A DNA stretch of 64,000 nucleotides from Octopus sinensis (Eukaryota). The DNA lies in the NCBI RefSeq assembly GCF_006345805.1, contig NC_043014.1, positions 6,572,001 to 6,636,000 on the forward strand, in the 5' to 3' direction. A program made the translations under genes and the position numbers. The number at the start of each line of letters is the position of its first letter. Position 1 is the stretch's first letter. The notes beneath the pieces are model-generated. The model was given only the letters and a program-made list of their open reading frames with translations. It searched no databases and was not told the origin of the DNA. Positions 58,932-64,000 of the stretch are shown here, piece by piece.

Positions 58932-61900
58932 CCAATCGTTTCGTTTAGACTTGTCTCCAGGTTCATAGCCACTCTGATTTTTCAATTTTTCGTTTAGTAT
59001 TGTCTCCCGATTCATACAAACCCATTTACTCAGCTACGGTGCACCCGCCCTCCCACCCCCACACCCACGCATGCCGGAAGTTCCTATTCTCTTCCATTCC
59101 GGGGTTGCTTCCCATGAAGACTGCAAATGCTCTCACCATCCATACCCCTCCCTACCCCTAGTCTCGACCTATGTAAGGTAATGTTCATACAGTGCAAAAT
59201 ATGAAAGGCTAGTGTTATGCAGGTTGTTACTGAAGGCTACTTTACTACTTCATTTCTTGCACATGAATTCTGCCAAATGCGAGCTTTCTTTTCAGGTACA
59301 CGAAGCTACTGTCCACCGTCCCAGGGTCTCTAGAGCCCATGCCTTCCACACCCTCAGGTTGGCACCCTCAACGTTGCACTCTGAAAGGTAGGTCTGGTGA
59401 GATAGTCGAGATGCTTGAACGGAGATGTGTGGATATATGTTGCATGCAAGAAATAAGGTGGAGAGGAGGATCAGCTAGGTTCCTCACAGGCAAGGAACGC
59501 AGGTACAAGATTTTCTGGCAGGGAACACTGACGGGGTTGGTGGCGTGGGTATACTTATCGCTGAGAAATGGGTAGATAGAGTAATTGAGGTAATCAGAGT
59601 AAGTGACAGAATACTTAAGATTAGATTAGTGCTTCATCATAGTTTAGCAACCATTATATCAGCCTATGCTCCTCAGTCGGGGCTACCCGATGGACAGAAA
59701 GACCGATTCTATGACACTCTACTGCAGACTACCTCATTGACGAACGACAGAGACCTTATCTTTGTGGCTGGTGACTTCAATGGTCACGTTGGACGACATG
59801 CTGGGGGCTTCCATGGCGTACATGGAGGCTATGGCTATGGCTCCCGCAACGAGGAGGGAACCAGGCTGCTGGAGTTCTGCGATGCAAATAATCTTATGAT
59901 TTGCAACACTAACTTCAGGAAACCTACCAGCCACCTAGTCACTTACCAATCGGGCCAACATACCAGCCAAATTGACTACATCCTTACAAGGCAAAGGGAG
60001 AGATGGCTGCTTATAAATGCCAAAACCTTCCCAGGTGAAGAATGTACCCCACAACATAGACTGGTAGTTAGTGACTTTAGGATCAGGACTAGGAGGACAA
60101 CCAGAAGACGACAAATATGGAGAAGAAGGATCTGGAAGCTTAAAGATCCTGCAAATGGACAGAGAGATTAGGGACATATTACTTGAAGCCTCTGACGAAG
60201 TAGAAGGGAATAGAGCATCACAGGGGGTAGAAGACAGCTGGACGTTTCTAAGGGACAACCTGCTGAGAGCCACTGACCAGATCTGTGGCTGGTGCAAAGT
60301 CCCCTCTCGACCTAGAATAACGTGGTGGTGGAACAATATTGTAGACAGGGCTATTAGAGAAAAGAGACAGGCTTGGAAGGTCTGGAAAAATGGGGGTAGC
60401 AGGGAATTGTATCAGACTGCCAAAAAAGAGAGCTAGGAGACAGGTTTATTTAGCCAGAGGGGAAGCAGATAAGAAAAATTTGCCAATGTTCTGCGCCGTG
60501 AGGACCAAAGACTGGAGGTGTTTCGTGTTGCAAGACAGTGTTTGAGAGAGAATCGTGATGTGGTAGGAGAGAAGTGTGTTCGCATGGAAGATGGTTCACT
60601 TGCGCTAAATGAGGATGCGAAGAGAGAGGTTTGGAGATGCCACTATGAAAGGTTGCTGAATGAAGAAAATGAATGGGATAAAGAGAGTCTGCCGAATGTT
60701 GACCCAACAGAGGGACCAGCTATCCGAGTTGATAGTTCTGTGGTAGCTAAGGCAATTAGAAGCATGAAGACAGGGAAAGCCCCAGGCCCATCAGGAATCA
60801 CTGCAGAGATGCTCAAAATGTCTGGTAGTGTCGGCTATAGCCTAGTCACCCATATAGTTAATCAGGTGATACACAAAGGGGTCATACCCATGACTGGTGT
60901 AGCAGTATAATAGTCAACTGCTACAAAGGTAAAGGTGATGCCCTAGATACAAATAACTACAGAGGTATCAAGCTGTTGGACCAGGTGATGAAGGTTACGG
61001 AGAGGGTCATAGCCCAACTAATTAGAGAGAGAGTTAGTTTAGATGAGATGCAGTTTGGGTTTGTGCCAGGGAAAAGTACTACTGATGCTATATTCCTGGT
61101 AAGGCAGCTGCAGGAGAAATACCTAGCCAAAGATAAGCCCCTGTACCTGGCTTTTGTTGACATGGAGAAAGCCTTCGACAGGGTCCCCCGATCCTTATCT
61201 GGTGGGCAATGAGAAAACTAGGGATAGATGAATGGTTAGTGAGAGCTGTGCGGGCCATGTATAGGGACGCCGCTAGTAGGGTGAGGGTTGGAAATGAGTA
61301 CAGTGAAGAATCCGGGTAGAGGTAGGGGTCCACCAAGGCTCAGTACTCAGCCCCCTCCTATTTATCATAGTCCTCCAGGCAATAACGGAGGAATTCAAGA
61401 CAGGATGCCCTTGGAGCTCCTCTATGCTGATGACCTTGCTCTAATTGCTGAGCGCGCTATCAGAACTGGAGGAGAAGTTTCAGGTGTGGAAACAAGGATT
61501 AGAATCGAAGGGCCTCAGAGTCAATCTAGCTAAAACCAAAGTCGTAATCAGTAGGAAGGTAGACAAATCACAAAACACTTCAGGTAGATGGCCCTGCTCG
61601 ATCTGTAGAAAAGTGTAGGTAGAAACTCTATAAGATGCACCAAGTGTAAGCTATGGACACATAAGAGATGCAGCAATGTCAAAGGAAGGCTAACTAGGAA
61701 GATGGTTTTTGTATGTGGCAGATGCTCAGGAACAATAAACACTGAAAATGCTCTGAGACCAACTTCCGTCACTTTCCAGGGAGAAAAACTAGAAATAGTT
61801 GATAGTTTCCGTTACCTAGGTGACCAAGTCAGCAGCGGGGGTGGGTGTGCTGAAAGTGTAACTGCTAGAGTAAGAATAGCTTGGGCAAAGTTCAGAGAGC

Positions 61901-62965
61901 TCTTACCTCTGCTGGTGACAAAAGGCCTCTCGCACAGAGTGAAAGGCAGACTGTATGATGCGTGTGTACGAACAGCCATGCTACATGGAAGTGAAACATG
62001 GGCCGTGACTGCTGAGGATATGCGTAAGCTCGCTAGAAATGAAGCCAGTATGCTCCGATGGATGTGTAATGCTGGTACTCACACTCGGCAGAGTGTAAGT
62101 ACCTTGAGAGAAAAGCTGGACCTAAGAAGCATCAGTTGTGGTGTACAAGAGAGACGTTTGCGCTGGTATGGTCATGTGGCGAGAATGGATGAAGATAGTT
62201 GTGTGAAAAAGTGCCACACCCTAGCGGTTGAGGGAACCTGTGGAAGAGGCAGACCCAGGAAAACCTGGGACGAGGTGGTGAAGCACGACCTTCGAACTTT
62301 AGGTCTCACTGAGGAAATGACTAGAGACCGAGACCTCTGGAAGTGTGCTGTGCGCGAGAAGACCCGGCAGGACAAGTGAGTCCACAACCCGTGGCCTTCT
62401 ACATGGGATGGAGCCAGCCTACGTATGCATACCTTCCCTTCTTGGGACACAAAACTCTACTTGTGAAGACGTGTTGAGGCAAGTGAGGATCAGAATCGAA
62501 ATCAATCAATGGAAATTGCGGATGTGCTACCAGTGCCGGTGGCATGTCGAAACTCTCTGCTTGTGAAGACCCATTGAGGCAAGTGAGGATCATCGAAATC
62601 GATCAATGGAAATTGCAGATGTGTTACCAGTGCCGGTGGCATGTAAGAGAACTTTCCGTTTCGCGACCGTTGCCAGCACCGCCCCGTTTCGTGTCCGTTG
62701 CCAGCCTCGTCTGGCCCTCGTGCCGGTGGCACATAAAAGCACCATCCGTTCGTGGCCGTTTGCCAGCTCTGTCTGGCACCAGTGCAGGTGGCACGTAAAA
62801 AGCACCCACTACACTCACGGAGTGGTTGGCGTTAGGAAGGGCATCCAGCTGTAGAAACACTGCCAGATTTGACTGGGCCTGATGAAGCCTTCTGGCTTCA
62901 CAGACCCCAGTAGAACCGTCCAACCCATGCTAGCATGGAAAACGGACGCTAAATGATGATGATGA
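58932..62965 (+). mobile_element. Near full-length RTE-clade LINE inserted into a family A SINE within a formin intron
   Basis: APE (GTLN..., CCMQEIRW, AGDFNGHVG, QIDYIL, PQHRLVV). RT (FGFVPGKSTTDAIF, AFVDMEKAFDRV, GVHQGS, LLYADDL). Cys-rich insert, C-terminal RWYGHV...GRPRKTW, and GC-rich 3' UTR with (GAT)n tail. Several frameshifts. Confidence 0.95.
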
Positions 62966-63639
62966 TACATGTGTGTGTGTATCTTTATGTCTGTGTTTGC
63001 CCCCTACCACTGCTTGACAGCTGGTGTTTATGTGTTTACATTCCCCGTAACTTAGCGGTCTGGTAAAAGAGGCCAATAGAATAAATACCAATCTTAAAAA
63101 TATAAGTACTGGAGTCATTTTGTTCGACTAAAAATTCTTCAAGACCCCAGCATGGCCGCAGTTTAATGACTGAAACAAGTAGAAGATACAAGATAAGCCT
63201 TCACTGAGAAAGACAACCGTAACTTCAATAATCTTCCCACAGAAGCGCCTAAGATAACAACTGTTTTCCCGAAAATGAAAGTAAAATTAAGAGAACCATC
63301 CGAACGTGTCCGTTGCCAGCCTTGCCTGGCCTCTGTGCCGGTGGCACGTAAAATCACCATCCAATCGTGGCCGTTTGCCAGCCTCGTCTGGCACCCACAA
63401 CACTCTTGCAGCGGTTGGCGTTAGGAAGGGCATCCAGCCGTAGAAACATTGCCAGCTCAGACTGGCCTGGTGCAGCCTTCTGGCTTCCCAGACCCCAGTT
63501 GAACCGTCCAACCCATGCTAGCATGGAAAGCAGACGCTAAATGATAATAATGACGATGATGATATTTTTTCCTTTTTTTCGAATATTCTTTGTACTTAAA
63601 TTGAATATTGTTGACATCATATAATGTTTAAATTTAATA

Positions 63640-64000
63640 TCTTTATATATAAAAGTAAGGTTGTGTGTCTGTCTACTCCGATTTAGATTCCTAACTACTC
63701 CCACATTTTGCGGTGCAGTTTAGCCAAAACCGGGTATCTTATAGTCATGATTCATATCGAGCCCTTCTGGGTATTAGTGCGCGTCTACGATGAGTCTACG
63801 ATTTTAAAAATAATTTACCATAATTTTTTTCCATTTTAATGCATATTTTTTAAATATAAGGGAAGTAACTCTCTAAAAATGTCTATGATGAGTCAACGAT
63901 TAAAAAAAAAATTTACCATCATATTTTTTCCATTTTTAATGCATTTTTTTGCTATTTTTTGGCTATAACTCTCTAAAAATGCTTATATAGTTATTTCCCT
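63640..64000 (+). mobile_element. Non-autonomous Helitron-like element, truncated by the window edge
   Basis: A|TC start followed by TATATA and GTGTGTCTGTCT. Body related to 55275-55652. Confidence 0.55.

Overview
Repeat-dense, AT-rich eukaryotic DNA, most likely a coleoid cephalopod (Octopus-like). This is inferred from the tRNA-head SINE families, RTE/CR1/Penelope content and (TA)n abundance, not from a database search. Two spliced genes are supported. TMEM208 is complete on the + strand (6 coding exons, 24199-43379, 168 aa, all GT-AG and in phase). The 3' end of an FMN/Cappuccino-type formin is on the - strand (exons 58422-58519, 57372-57500, 52156-54792), and its FH2 domain runs into an unusual 878-aa terminal exon. 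The rest is nested mobile DNA: CR1/L2, RTE (one near full-length copy), an R4/Dong-like fragment, a Penelope-like element with inverted pLTRs, hAT, mariner, piggyBac-like MITEs, non-autonomous Helitrons and several SINE families. The most notable signal is a ~352-bp non-coding tandem repeat (7676-8399 and 26748-27967) in which each full monomer carries a type I hammerhead ribozyme inside a long fold-back structure. Two diverged relatives (32682-32770, ~39765-40050) conserve the same hairpins by compensatory changes. Together these look like a retrozyme-type (ribozyme/circular RNA retroelement) family. About ten further minimal hammerheads, intact or decayed, sit in short (TA)n-flanked Penelope-type remnants. 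Repeat boundaries are read by eye and approximate (tens of bp). Exon and ribozyme coordinates were counted base by base.
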